Position numbers and translations under genes: made by a program. From Podarcis melisellensis (taxonomy: Eukaryota), in assembly GCA_964234715.1 (NCBI GenBank), contig OZ174279.1: a stretch of DNA of 64,000 nt, one strand, 5' to 3'. Every line of letters starts with the position of its first letter. Position 1 is the first letter of the stretch. The notes below the pieces were generated by a model. That model was given only the letters and a program-made list of their open reading frames with translations, was not told the DNA's origin and searched no databases. This document shows, in pieces, positions 24,829 to 35,508 of the stretch.

Positions 24829-25182
24829 TGTTGTTGTTAAGTCGTTTAGTCGTGTCCGACTCTTCGTGACTCCATGGACCAGAGCACGCCAGGCACTCCT
24901 GTCTTCCACTGCCTCCCGCAGTTTGGTCAGACTCATGTTTGTAGCTTCGAGAACACTATCCAACCATCTCGTCCTCTGTCGTCCCCTTCTCCTTGTGCCC
25001 TCAATCTTTCCCAACATCAGGGTCTTTTCCAGGGAGTCTTCTCTTCTCATGAGGTGGCCAAAGTATTGGAGCCTCAGCTTCATGATCTGTCCTTCCAGTG
25101 AGCACTCAGGGCTAATTTCCTTAAGAATGGATGTGTTTGATCTTCTTGCAGTCCATGGGACTCTCAAGAGTCTCCTCCAAAG
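24829..25182 (-). mobile_element. Bov-B (RTE) LINE 3' fragment with intact reading frame
   Basis: VPWTARRSN.SILKEISPECSLEGQ..KLRLQYFGHLMRR.DSLEKTLMLGKIEG.RRRGRQR.RWLD is the Bov-B C-terminus; 11-bp TSD tagaatgggct (24818-24828 / 25183-25193). Confidence 0.95.
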
Positions 25183-25255
25183 TAGAATGGGCTACTTTGC
25201 AAATAAACTACCTGTACGCGGTTTGCGTAAATTGGATAGCACCTTTTTAGTGGTA

Positions 25256-25408
25256 CAGTCAAACCTCGATTCCCGAACACCTCCGTTTTGGAACGTTTTG
25301 GCTGCCAAACACTGGAAACCCAGAAGTAAATGTTCCAGTTTTCGAATGTTTTTTGGAACTTCAACAGTCTTCTGGAATGAATAATGTTTGAAAACTGAGG
25401 TTCCACTG
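25256..25408. mobile_element. Tigger-like MITE, internally deleted
   Basis: TA|cagtcaaacctc ... gaggttccactg|TA; related to 12327. Confidence 0.75.
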
Positions 25409-25423
25409 TACCAATATGATAAA

Positions 25424-25697
25424 TAAAGGTAAAGGTCTAGTCGCGGACGAATCGGGGGTTGCAGCGCTCATCTCACTTTACTGGCCGAGGGAGCCGGCAT
25501 ACAGCTTCCTGGTCATGTGGCCAGCATGACTAAGCCGCTTCTGGCAAACCAGAGCAGCGCACGGAAACACCGTTTACCTTCCCGCCACAGTGGTATCTAT
25601 TTATCTACTTGCACTTTGATGTGCTTTCAAACTGCTAGGTTGGCAGGAGCAGGGACCGAGCAACGGGAGCTCACCCCGTCACAGACAAGAGGCTAAT
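25424..25697 (-). mobile_element. Sauria SINE (Squam1), partial
   Basis: (ACCTTT)n tail on the minus strand and core ggtcatgtggccagcatgactaagccgcttctgg. Confidence 0.88.
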
Positions 25698-26318
25698 GTT
25701 TTAATAACTCGACATCTCATTCCCTTGCGCTTTTCCTTGGTCGCCAGAATTTTATTCTCTTGCAAAATGTCAGCAGGCTGCTACGAAAAAAGATTCCAAT
25801 CCAGTTCTGAACTCGAAGGTGGTTCAGTTTTCCGTCTAGATAACATGGACACAGAATTGTCCTATATCACTTGTATTTCCCTTGTTCCTGAGGTTGGGGG
25901 TGGTGGATAGAGCCTTGTCCAGTAGCCAGAATAATGCTTTGCTCCAGGCATATTTGAAAAGTAGACCTCACCTGCATTTTCACCTGTTACACTAGAAATT
26001 CAAGAGTGATGTGACCTGCTTATGGGAACATTGTGCCCAGCATTGCAGGCCAGCCAGTGAGGATGCGGTTATCATTTTTAGCATTTGCTTTCCCTTAAAC
26101 TAAGCTATCCCTTCTCCCAGCTCTTGCAAAAATAAACAAGCAAAAACGAAACAAAACAAAAAAACCACCCTGTCATTTTCTTTCTTTAGAAAATTCCACA
26201 CTGGCTGTGTCATATCACTTGCTTCCTCCGTTCAGATTGGGCAAGAGAGCTGGAGCTGGCTGCCTTAAATTAGGTCACAGAAGCTTAAGAGTATGATCAG
26301 AGCTGTATGTGGGCGCAT

Positions 26319-26322
<4 letters not shown>

Positions 26323-26362
<40 letters not shown>
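26323..26362. repeat. (CA)n microsatellite
   Basis: Seen directly. Confidence 0.95.
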
Positions 26363-26364
<2 letters not shown>

Positions 26365-26989
26365 CTTGCAGCAAAATATATTCACTTCAGCGTACGAAAA
26401 TAAGTCCATTTGCTTGCTTTGCACAATTTCTCACATGCTTTCTGGGTTCAGGTTTTCAAGACATTGAGTGTATTTTCTGGCAAGGCACCCGGTGCAGAGT
26501 ATATATATTGGGAATAATGCAGGCTTGTAGGGGAAAGGGACAGTGGAGTGCCTATAGGATTGCAGCTTTAGCTCACCGACCTTCCAAATAGGCACCCATA
26601 GGGCTGAGCAGACAGTTTCACAGCTCAAGCTAAACGGGGATAAGAGAATGTCTGGGGTAAAACAACAACAGCAGCATGCTGCTGCTGCTAGGAGTAAAAA
26701 AATAATGGGGGGGCGACAAACAAAAGTGGAAGCGAGAGAATTGGGCTGGCCGGAACTGAGATTTTTAAAAATGGCACCTTATTGATTTGAATATCAAACT
26801 ATTAGAGCAAATGACGTTAACAAAGCGACTCATGCTTCGTTTGCCTGCCCAAAATGAGATTGAAGGTGAATCATGCCCAATTATAAAATACCTTGGAGCG
26901 TGCATTCATTTTTTTTTACATTCCTTTGCCTTTGTGAGTGCCTAAATAACAACGGCTAACATTCACATGTGCATTACTTTCTGGAAGGT

Positions 26990-26990
<1 letters not shown>

Positions 26991-27031
<41 letters not shown>

Positions 27032-27378
27032 GTAGTAGTAGTAGTAATTTATTTATTTATACCCCACCCCTCCGACTAGGTTTCCCCAGCCACTCTGGGT
27101 GGCTTCCAACAAAATATTAAAATACAATAGCCCTTCAGATATTAAAAGCTTCCCTAAACAGGGCTGCCTTGAGATGTCTTCTGGTAGTTGTTTTTTCCTT
27201 TGACATTTGGTGGGAGGGTGTTTCTCAGGGAGGGCGCCACTACCGAGAAGGCCCTCTGCCTGGTTCCCTGTAACTTCGCTTCTCGCAGTGAGGGAACCGC
27301 CAGAAGGCCCTCAGTGCTGGACCTCAGTGTCCGGGCAGAACGATGGGGGTGGAGACGTTCCTTCAGGTATACTGTACC
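26991..27378 (-). mobile_element. L2-clade LINE 3' end with (AAT)n(AGT)n tail
   Basis: YLKERLHPHRSARTLRSSTEGLLAVP...QRAFSVVAP motif; same family as 37357 and 39790. Confidence 0.85.
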
Positions 27379-28394
27379 GAAGGTTTTCTGTTTAATTTGT
27401 TTAAAAGGCATTAGCTAAGGCAGAGATGGGGAACCGATGGCCACCAGGAAGTTGATGGACAGCAAATACTATCATCCCTGACTGTTGACCCTGTTGGTGG
27501 GGGCTGATGGGTTTTGGAGTCCAGGCACATCTGGAGAGCCACAGATTCCCCGAGATCCTAGAATGAGAAGCTAGAAGAAATGGTAACGACTAAGGCAGTC
27601 CAGCTCAACCAAGACTGAGCTACAGCTTTTGCTTTAGATTGTTCCCAATCTACAGAATTTGTGAAAACACGTCTTGGTTAAAAAGGCATTCCCGGACAGA
27701 GTTTTAAGTATCGCGGTGCACCAGGGCTATAAATACCCTCTCCTTAGAAATCAAAAGTGCAAGCTTTCCGCTCGCAGCTTCTCTCAAAGCTTAGAAAAGC
27801 ACCTCACAAAGCTCATTTGTTCCACACCCACGAAATATTTGAAAGCCCGAATGCAACACTTTGGAGGAGTCGATCAATAACATCTAGCAGGAGGCAATAT
27901 TTAAGAACTTAGGAGGAAGTGGGGGGGTTTGATGTCAGTCCTAATTCAAATTGATACCTAATAAATACATCCCGATAAAAGATGTAATGCATTTAAAATG
28001 TATGAACCACCTATTCATTATACAAATTTGCTTCCTTAATGACTTTTAGATGGATGATTCCACCCAGCTTCATTTCTCCTTTGAGTTACGCTAGGGCAGT
28101 TTATTGAAACTTAAGGGGAGGCTCATTGGAAGTTATCCTTCTGCATAAACTTGGCGTAATTTATAATAATGCTTCGCGGATAAATCAGAAAAAGGCCTTG
28201 ATCCTGTCACCGAATAAATTGCTGTTGAAACGTCCGTGGTGTGAGGGGAGCGTGCATGGGAAATTTGGCCATGGGCTGTAGCTGAAGAGGTAGATGAGTG
28301 CCAGATTATCCATTTCCAGCTGGCTTTGCCTCACCTTTCTAGCAGTCCCTGATTCCCCACCCTCCAAAAAGTCTCTCATTTTTTGGGGGGGGGG

Positions 28395-29270
28395 ATTATT
28401 AATTAATTAAATCTGTATACTGCCCTTCATCCAAAGATCTCAGGGCAGTTCACAACAGAAAAATACAAAATGAGAATACAAAATGCATACAGTCATACCT
28501 TGGGTTACAGGTGCTTCAGGTTGCGTTTTTTCGGGTTACGGACCGCCGAAACCCGGAAGTACTGGAACGGGTTACTTCTTGGTTTTGGTGGCCGTGCATG
28601 CGCAGAAGCACTAAATCGCACTTTGCGCATGCGCAGAAGCGCCGAATCACAACCCGTGTGTGCACAGACGCGCCGCTGCAGGTTACGAACGCTGCGGGTT
28701 GCGAACATGCATCCCGCACGGATCACGTTCGCAACCCAAGCGTCCACTGTAATAAAAACATAACAATAACACACACACCCTCCCACAAGCACGTCAAAAA
28801 GCCAGTGTTAATCAGCCGAATGCCACGTTGAAGAGAAACGTTTTTGCCTGCCACCTAAAGATACGTAATGAAGGCACCAGGAAAGCCTTCCTGGGGAGAG
28901 CATTCCACAAACGGGGAGCCACTGCGGAAAAGGCCCGTTCTTTTGCTGCCACCCTCCGGACCTCGCGAGGAGGAGGCACACGAAGAAGGACCTCAGATGA
29001 TGATCGCAGGGTCCAGGTTGGTTCATATGATCAGAGGCGGTCCTTGGGGTATTGCAGTCCTGGGGCATTTAAGGCTTTATAGGTCAAAACCAGAACTTTG
29101 AATTGGAACTGAAAGCTAATTGGCAGCCAGCGGGCAAGGATTGTTGTCGCCTGCTCATTGAACTGGGTGGTCGCTGAATTCTGTACCACTTGCAGTTCCT
29201 GAACCATCTTCAAAGGCAGCACCATATATAATGCATTGCAGAAATCTAACCTAAAGGCAGAGCAATTTGG
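28395..29270 (-). mobile_element. L2-clade LINE 3' fragment interrupted by a MITE
   Basis: LQVVQN..A...WLPI....FKVLVLTYKALN..G..Y.KDRL motif; ends approximate. Confidence 0.8.
28490..28749. mobile_element. Tigger-like MITE (GCGCATGCGC-core family)
   Basis: TA|cagtcataccttgggtt ... aacccaagcgtccactg|TA. Confidence 0.9.
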
Positions 29271-29336
29271 AAGAGGTCAGGCAGGCACACGAAAGAATTG
29301 ATTTTTGAACCCAGAAAACCAGTACCTGTCTCAGTT

Positions 29337-29416
29337 TTCCTTCCTTCCTTCCTTCCTTCCTTCCTTCCTTCCTTCCTTCCTTCCTTCCTTCCTTCCTTCC
29401 TTCCTTCCTTCCTTCT
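29337..29416. repeat. (CCTT)n microsatellite
   Basis: Seen directly. Confidence 0.95.
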
Positions 29417-30291
29417 TTATCGCAAAGGGATAAAATAAGCCTAAAGGTGCAGCTTGCATCACTTAGAAAGCTTCAGCATGCGTTTTGAACTTGGGCCTCC
29501 CACAATTAAATCTGAATACTCCTCCCCTTGAGAAAACATGCACACACTGCGTAACATACTACACAACGTCACCATGACATCTGTACTTGCAGCTTTAAAA
29601 TAGACCTTATTTCCCATGGCAATGGGGGGAAGATTCTCCACCACTAACCCCTTGCACATTTTTGCTCTGGAAAAAAAGTGACGACTCTCACAAAATCCAG
29701 CTCTGCCATGTGTCGCAAAAGACTTCCCGGCCATAACTTTCTCATCCTTAAGATGTGAAGAAGGTCATTGTCAACACTTAATGCAGTTCACAGTCGCTGT
29801 GATGCATTATGTCAGCATTTTGGGGGGTTACGTTCCTCTGTTGGGTATTAGATATTTATAATTTGGCCATAAAAGCTACGCAGGACTTGAAACTTGGCAC
29901 CGGGGATGGAAATCTGAAGTAACTGTTTATCATTCTGGAGCAATTTGGCTCGCCCAGCTAGAGCTGCTGCTGTGTGGCCCTCGCCCATTGACAGCCAGGA
30001 TGGGTGTATAAGCGATAGACTTGGACCAGTCCCCACTCAGCCGCATGATGATTTACTGGTCAATCACTATCTCCCAGCCTAAATTCCACCCCTACCCCAG
30101 GTTCTTATGAAGGGAAAATCAGAGAATGAAACGTGTAGAAACACTCTTCGTGATTGGGTTGTTCCTTGCTGGAATTCCAATGCAATGCTGTATTGTATTG
30201 AATATAAGAAGTGCAGTTGGCCAGTCGTCATACAGGATCTGGTCCCAAAAAATTGAGCATCGCCCAGCCAAGTCCTAGCTTCCCTTTCCGA

Positions 30292-30420
30292 CAGGGGTCA
30301 GGAACCTGAGGCCCGTCAGTTGATATCGTATTCCAGTAATCCCCAACCCCTTGGCTGTGCTGACTGGGGCTGATGGGACTTGGAGTCCAATAACATCTGG
30401 AGGGCCACAGGTTCACCCTG
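30292..30420. mobile_element. Old palindromic hAT-like MITE (relatives at ~27421-27557 and ~51320-51396)
   Basis: caggggtcaggaacctgaggccc ... gggccacaggttcaccctg inverted ends. Confidence 0.6.
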
Positions 30421-31183
30421 ACGTCAACAGAACCTGAGTTGTACCAACAAAATCTTGAAGGGTGGGGTGAGAGGATCATTTCCAGTCAAAGTTAGGCCCC
30501 CCAGCCATTAAGTACAAGCGGATGGTAAAATCGGTGCCCCGTTAATTAGGAGAAGAGGGGTTCTTTGCTGTAGCTCAGCCTCCACCAACATGGCTTCCTG
30601 CAGATGTTTTGGGTGACAGTTCCCATCAGCATGTGCTTGCTGAGGCTAATGGAGGGTAAACAAAGGCTGGAGAGGCCCGAGAAGGGTGCATTTTCCAAAC
30701 AAATAATCTTTTCTTTCCTCATCATCCAAACCACAGCTCACTTCACTTCTGCACCTCTGGGAAATTCACTGTCTAATAAGCTATGACCCGCAACTTCCTG
30801 AGAACATTGTCAAAATTATATCGTATTACTTTTGCTTTCCTTTCTAAGAGATGGGCTGTAGCACGTTGGCTTTTAATGGAACGGGAGTTGCAATAATTTG
30901 CCACAGATGCTTTTCAGTTTGTGCAGGTCAAGTTTTAGGGTTGTTAATGCAGGCCCAGAATGAATTAAGGGCCAAACCCCCCAAAGGGGGAAAACATCTA
31001 CTGAATGTGCTTAGAACCTCTCTGCAGGCAAGAACCATGGCTTATCGAGCTAACAAACTATGGGAGGAACTCCTTTTCAGACCTTATCACACTAAGATCA
31101 CCGAAAAAAATCATTTCCGGGCCCAATTCGAAATGCTGGTTTGGAGCCAGGACCACAACAGGGGAGATTTATGTTTTGTTCAT

Positions 31184-31475
31184 CTCATCTCGCTTTATTG
31201 GCTGAGGGAGCCGGTGTACAGCTTCCGAGTCATGTGGCCAGCATGACTAAGCCGCTTCTGGCGAACCAGAGCAGCACATGGAAACGCCGTTTACTTTCCC
31301 ACCAGAGCGGTACCTATTTATCCACTTGCACTTTGACGTGCTTTCGAACTGCTAGGTTGGCAGGAGCAGGGTCCGAGCAATGGGAGCGCACCCCATCGCG
31401 GGGATTCGAGCCACCGACCTTCTGATTGGGCAAGCCCTAGGCTCTGTGGTTTAGACCACAGTGCCACCCGCGCCC
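31184..31475 (-). mobile_element. Sauria SINE lacking its 3' tail, between 76-bp direct repeats
   Basis: SINE core and tRNA-like head present; flanks 31106-31181 and 31490-31565 are identical. Confidence 0.9.
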
Positions 31476-31678
31476 ATGGGCCTTACCTCAAAAATCATTT
31501 CCGGGCCCAATTCGAAATGCTGGTTTGGAGCCAGGACCACAACAGGGGAGATTTATGTTTTGTTCTTATTTTCATTACGTAGTTTGTGGTTTTTATATAT
31601 ATATTAATTTTATGTTGTGAACCGCCCTGAGATCTATGGATGTAGGGCAGTACAAAAATTCAATAGGTACTAGTAGTA

Positions 31679-31909
31679 CAGTGGTACCTCGGGTTAAGAA
31701 CTTAATCCGTTCTGGAGGTCCATTCTTAACCTGAAACTGCTCTTAACCTGAGGTACCACTTTAGCTAATGGGGCCTCCCGCTTCTGCCGCGTGGTTTCTG
31801 TTCTCATCCTGAAGCAAAGTTCTTAACCTGAGGTACTATTTCTGGGTTAGCGGAGTCTGTAACCTGAAGCATCCGTAACCTGAAGCGTCTGTAACCCGAG
31901 GTACCACTG
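31679..31909. mobile_element. Tigger-like MITE (ttaacctgaa family)
   Basis: TA|cagtggtacctcgggtta ... taacccgaggtaccactg|TA. Confidence 0.92.
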
Positions 31910-33128
31910 TAGTAGTAATAGTAGTAATATTGCAGCTTTAGCCTGTAGGCTGCTATATTTTTTTTCCCATTTTATGAAACTGGGCTCCAGATCATGTGAA
32001 GAGTGTACAGTGCTGCAAAGGTCCAGAATGTTGGGATCGTGTGAGGGTGGGGAACAACGACAAAGGAGCAGAACTTAAGAGTGATTGCATTGATGTAATC
32101 TTTTCTCATTTGAAAATTGCACATCATGTGTTCACACCAGAGCCGCTATTATAATAGTTTGATGGGCTTTAACTTGTGTGTGTTCTTCATCCTATTGACC
32201 TCCTCGTGTTGCTGCTTAGGATATTTGCGGCCCCTTAAAACCGACAAGTGTATGTTGTCTACTCATGAGTAAATTTGGCCAGGCCATGTGTTTGTTGTAC
32301 TTTGAAGATTGGGGAGAGAATCTGTTCATTGCAATAGCCACCCAGGCACCGTGGAAAATATTACAGAAAAAGTTAGTATCTCTTTTAAGAGATAATGGCT
32401 TTTTCCATAGCACCCACCCAAATGAGAAGGCCTGGCCTCTGAAGAGAGATGTAAAATATACTTTGAGCTGCTTCTCTTGTTCTTTGGGAAGACCGGAGTC
32501 CCAGCCGCTTGGAGAAAAACATCTCTCTAAAGTTGTACTGCAGGCTGGAGGGTGTGCTGGGGAGAGGACCTTGTGCTAAGCGGTTGGGTTTATATCTAAA
32601 CTTATCGCTTCCCTTATTTAAAAGACAAAAGGATCACCTTGGAGAGAAGGCGAATATTTATTTTGGAAACCCACTGAAACATTCTAAATCTGCACACATA
32701 GATTAGGCAGGTATAAGCAGTTTGCACTGTGATGTCCTCCTTGGGAAAATTGCCCATTCATTTCACAGCCTTCCCTTTTTTTAAAATCCTCCATTCACCA
32801 TTAATTATTTTCATTTTTTATGTTACACTGCCACCTTTTGTCCATTGGATAGGAAACCTCTCGTCAGCTTGGATGCCTGCCAGGGTTTTATTATTATTAT
32901 TATTCTCCCCTGTTTTCCTTGATCGGTATTGGAATAGAACATTTTGATCCAACCGTTGCAAAATATATAGGTGAACGATAATGCCATTTAAAAAAAAAAT
33001 TGTGACAACAGCCTGAGTGGCAAATCACTCAAATTCTAGTAATGTGCAGTGCAAGTGAAAATATCTTTGATGCTCCCCAAATATCGTCCTTTACCCGTGT
33101 GGTGTAGAAACTGCTTCCAGGGGCCTTC

Positions 33129-33488
33129 GGTAAAGGTAAAGGTACCCCTGACCATTAGGTCCAGTTGTGGACGACTCTGGGGTTGCGGCGCTCATCTCAC
33201 TCTATAGGCTGAGGGAGCCGGCATTTGTCCACAGACAGCTTCCGGGTCATGTGTTCAGCATGACTAAGCCGCTTCTGGCGAACCAGAGCAGCGCACGGAA
33301 ACGCCGTTTACCTTCCCGCTGGAGCGGTACCTATTTATCTACTTGCATTGGTATGCTTTCAAACTGCTAGGTTGGCAGGAGCAGGGACCGAGCAACAGGA
33401 GCTCACCCCGACGCGGGGATTCGAACCACCAACCTTCTGATCGGCAAGCCCTAGGCTCTGTGGTTTAGACTACAGCGTCACCCACATC
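33129..33488 (-). mobile_element. Full-length Sauria SINE
   Basis: Head, core and (ACCTTT)n tail; apparent TSD ccaggggcctt / ccatgggcctt. Confidence 0.92.
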
Positions 33489-33700
33489 CATGGGCCTTAC
33501 CTCGAACATTTATACTTGTAGTATCTGGATGGAAGAATCAGACGGGGAGCATAGATGGCATAATTTCTCCATGTATAAATGCTGCCCTGGCTTTTCTCCA
33601 TCTGCTGCCTTGCCTTACCCAGAAGACATTAGTTGCAGTTACACCTTTAAGTTGCTTTTGCAACGGCAGGCTATGCATTTATTTCTTTATTTAGAACCTT

Positions 33701-33787
33701 CATAAACCGCTTGTTCGGATGGAAAATTCCATAAACCGCTTGTTCGGATGGAAAATTCCATAAACCGCTTGTTCGGATGGAAAATTC
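33701..33787. repeat. Perfect 3 x 29-bp minisatellite, within the 3' end of an old minus-strand L2-like remnant (~33675-34090)
   Basis: cataaaccgcttgttcggatggaaaattc at 33701, 33730 and 33759. Confidence 0.95.
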
Positions 33788-34224
33788 TTCAAGCACTGTA
33801 CAAGTCGATAATGATATATAAAAAAGTGACTGAAGTCCGCAGACCCATTTTAAAAACGCATAAAATCGTCATTAAAAACAAAGGGATAAATCAATATAAC
33901 ATTTGAAGGAAATATAACGAATCCATGTGTCTGGATAGGCTTCCTGGGAGGGAAACGTTTTCAGCTGGTGTCTAAAAGAATAGGTGGCTGCCTAATTTCA
34001 AGAGGCAGGGAGTTCCGCAGTACAGGAGCTGCCACACTAAAGGAGAGACTTCTTGTAAAGGCAGAATGAACATTGTGTGGCACCTGTAAAAGCACAAGCT
34101 AACGTTCCATTAAGTTATTATTTATGTATATGTTTCTAGAGACAAAGAGCAGTAATGTTCACCTTCAGATTCTTAACCTGCTGTGTTTTGCTTTGTCCAG
34201 GGTTATATCCTTCGTTGTGACCTC

Positions 34225-34233
34225 ATGGTTTAA
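34225..34233 (+). promoter_or_regulatory. Minimal upstream ORF (ATG GTT TAA) in the TBL1XR1 5'UTR
   Basis: Seen directly; ends 12 nt before the main ATG and is in frame with it. Confidence 0.7.
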
Positions 34234-34245
34234 GCGGGCATAAAG

Positions 34246-34303
34246 ATGAGTATAAGCAGTGATGAGGTTAACTTCCTCGTATATAGATACTTGCAAGAGT
34301 CCG
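34246..34303 (+). CDS. TBL1XR1: TBL1XR1 first coding exon (exon 34201-34303, 45 nt of 5'UTR; LisH start)
   Basis: ttgtccag|GGTTATATCC acceptor at 34200; ATG at 34246; MSISSDEVNFLVYRYLQES-G; donor G|gtgagt; 58 coding nt. Confidence 0.97.
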
Positions 34304-34727
34304 GTGAGTATTTGGCTATTAATTCTTTGAGGGATCCGTTTGGGGGGCAGCGTTTAACAAATATTCAGACATCCTTCAGGATCTGTATTGTGTTACATGC
34401 ATAGTGTCTAAAAGACTAGAGTATGACTCACCAAGGCAATTTCTCTTACCCAAACTCCCATCTGCTTTCAAATTTCTGGCACGGGGAGGATGACAATGGC
34501 CTACTTTAACATGGTTACATATAAGGATTATTACAAGTCCATATTATCCCAATTTTTGCCAACTTATGCCTTAAGATCTGCAAGGGAAGCTCTGCTGGTG
34601 TCGACGATGGCTATTTATTTGGCAAGGGTGTAGAGCAGAGTTTTCTCTGCAGTGACACCCTGGTTATAGGATTAACTCTTGGGGGAGATACAAATGTCAG
34701 TTGCAGACATTTTTTGTTACTCCAGTC

Positions 34728-34863
34728 CAGTGTTTCCCAAACTTGGATCTGCAGCTTTTTTGGGACTACAGTTCCCATCATCCCTGACCACTGGTCCTGC
34801 TAGGCAGGGATGATGGGAATTGTAGTCCATAAACAGCTGGTGACCCAAGGTTGGGAAACACTG
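34728..34863. mobile_element. Palindromic hAT (Charlie-like) MITE
   Basis: cagtgtttcccaa ... ttgggaaacactg; flanks ctccagtc / ctctaggc. Confidence 0.9.
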
Positions 34864-34871
34864 CTCTAGGC

Positions 34872-35007
34872 CAGTGTTTCCCAACCTTGTGCCTCCAGCT
34901 GTTTTTGAACTACAACTCCCATCATCCCTGACTAGCAAGACCAGTGGCAAGGGATGATGGGAATTGTAGTCCAAAAACAGCTGGAGGCACAAGGTTGGGA
35001 AACACTG
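34872..35007. mobile_element. Palindromic hAT (Charlie-like) MITE
   Basis: Long perfect TIRs; perfect 8-bp TSD ctctaggc (34864-34871 / 35008-35015). Confidence 0.93.
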
Positions 35008-35254
35008 CTCTAGGCAACGGAGGTGACTTGCTGATACATGTCTAGCGATGGTTTTGGGACACGTTTTAATACTTTTAATGTTTTATGACTTTTAATGTTT
35101 TATGGTGAAACATTGCATTTCATTTTAGATGTTGCAGGCAACCCTTTGAGTTGAAGGGTGCTTTAAATATATAATAAATATCTATAGGTAAAGCATTTTT
35201 GCTATTCCAAACTGCTATATGGATGCTGAATATTGTTCTTCCCTGCTTTGTGTA

Positions 35255-35508
35255 CAGTGGTACCATAATCCGTTCCGGAGGTACATAATCCGTTTGTAAA
35301 CCACAACAGGTTGTAACCCAAGGCGCGCTTTCACCAATGGGGCCTCCCAAAAAAATTTGTTTGTAATCCAAAAAAATTTGTTTGTAATCCAAAAAAATGG
35401 GTTGTAATCCAAAAAAAGGTTGCAGACCGGGACATGCACTCTGAGTTTGACATGTCTGTAATCCAAAATGTATGCAAACCAAGACGTATGCAAACCAAGG
35501 TACCACTG
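35255..35508. mobile_element. Tigger-like MITE with an internal ~20-bp tandem repeat
   Basis: TA|cagtggtacc ... ggtaccactg|TA; ccaaaaaaatttgtttgtaat repeated. Confidence 0.85.

Noticed and set aside
33701-33787. 29-bp repeats as a CRISPR array
   Set aside because: The units are contiguous with no spacers, the context is a vertebrate intron, and there are no cas genes.
1-34200. Orthologue of the human non-coding exon 2 or the main promoter
   Set aside because: No convincing match to my recollection of that exon and no non-TE CpG island of promoter size; probably upstream of the window.
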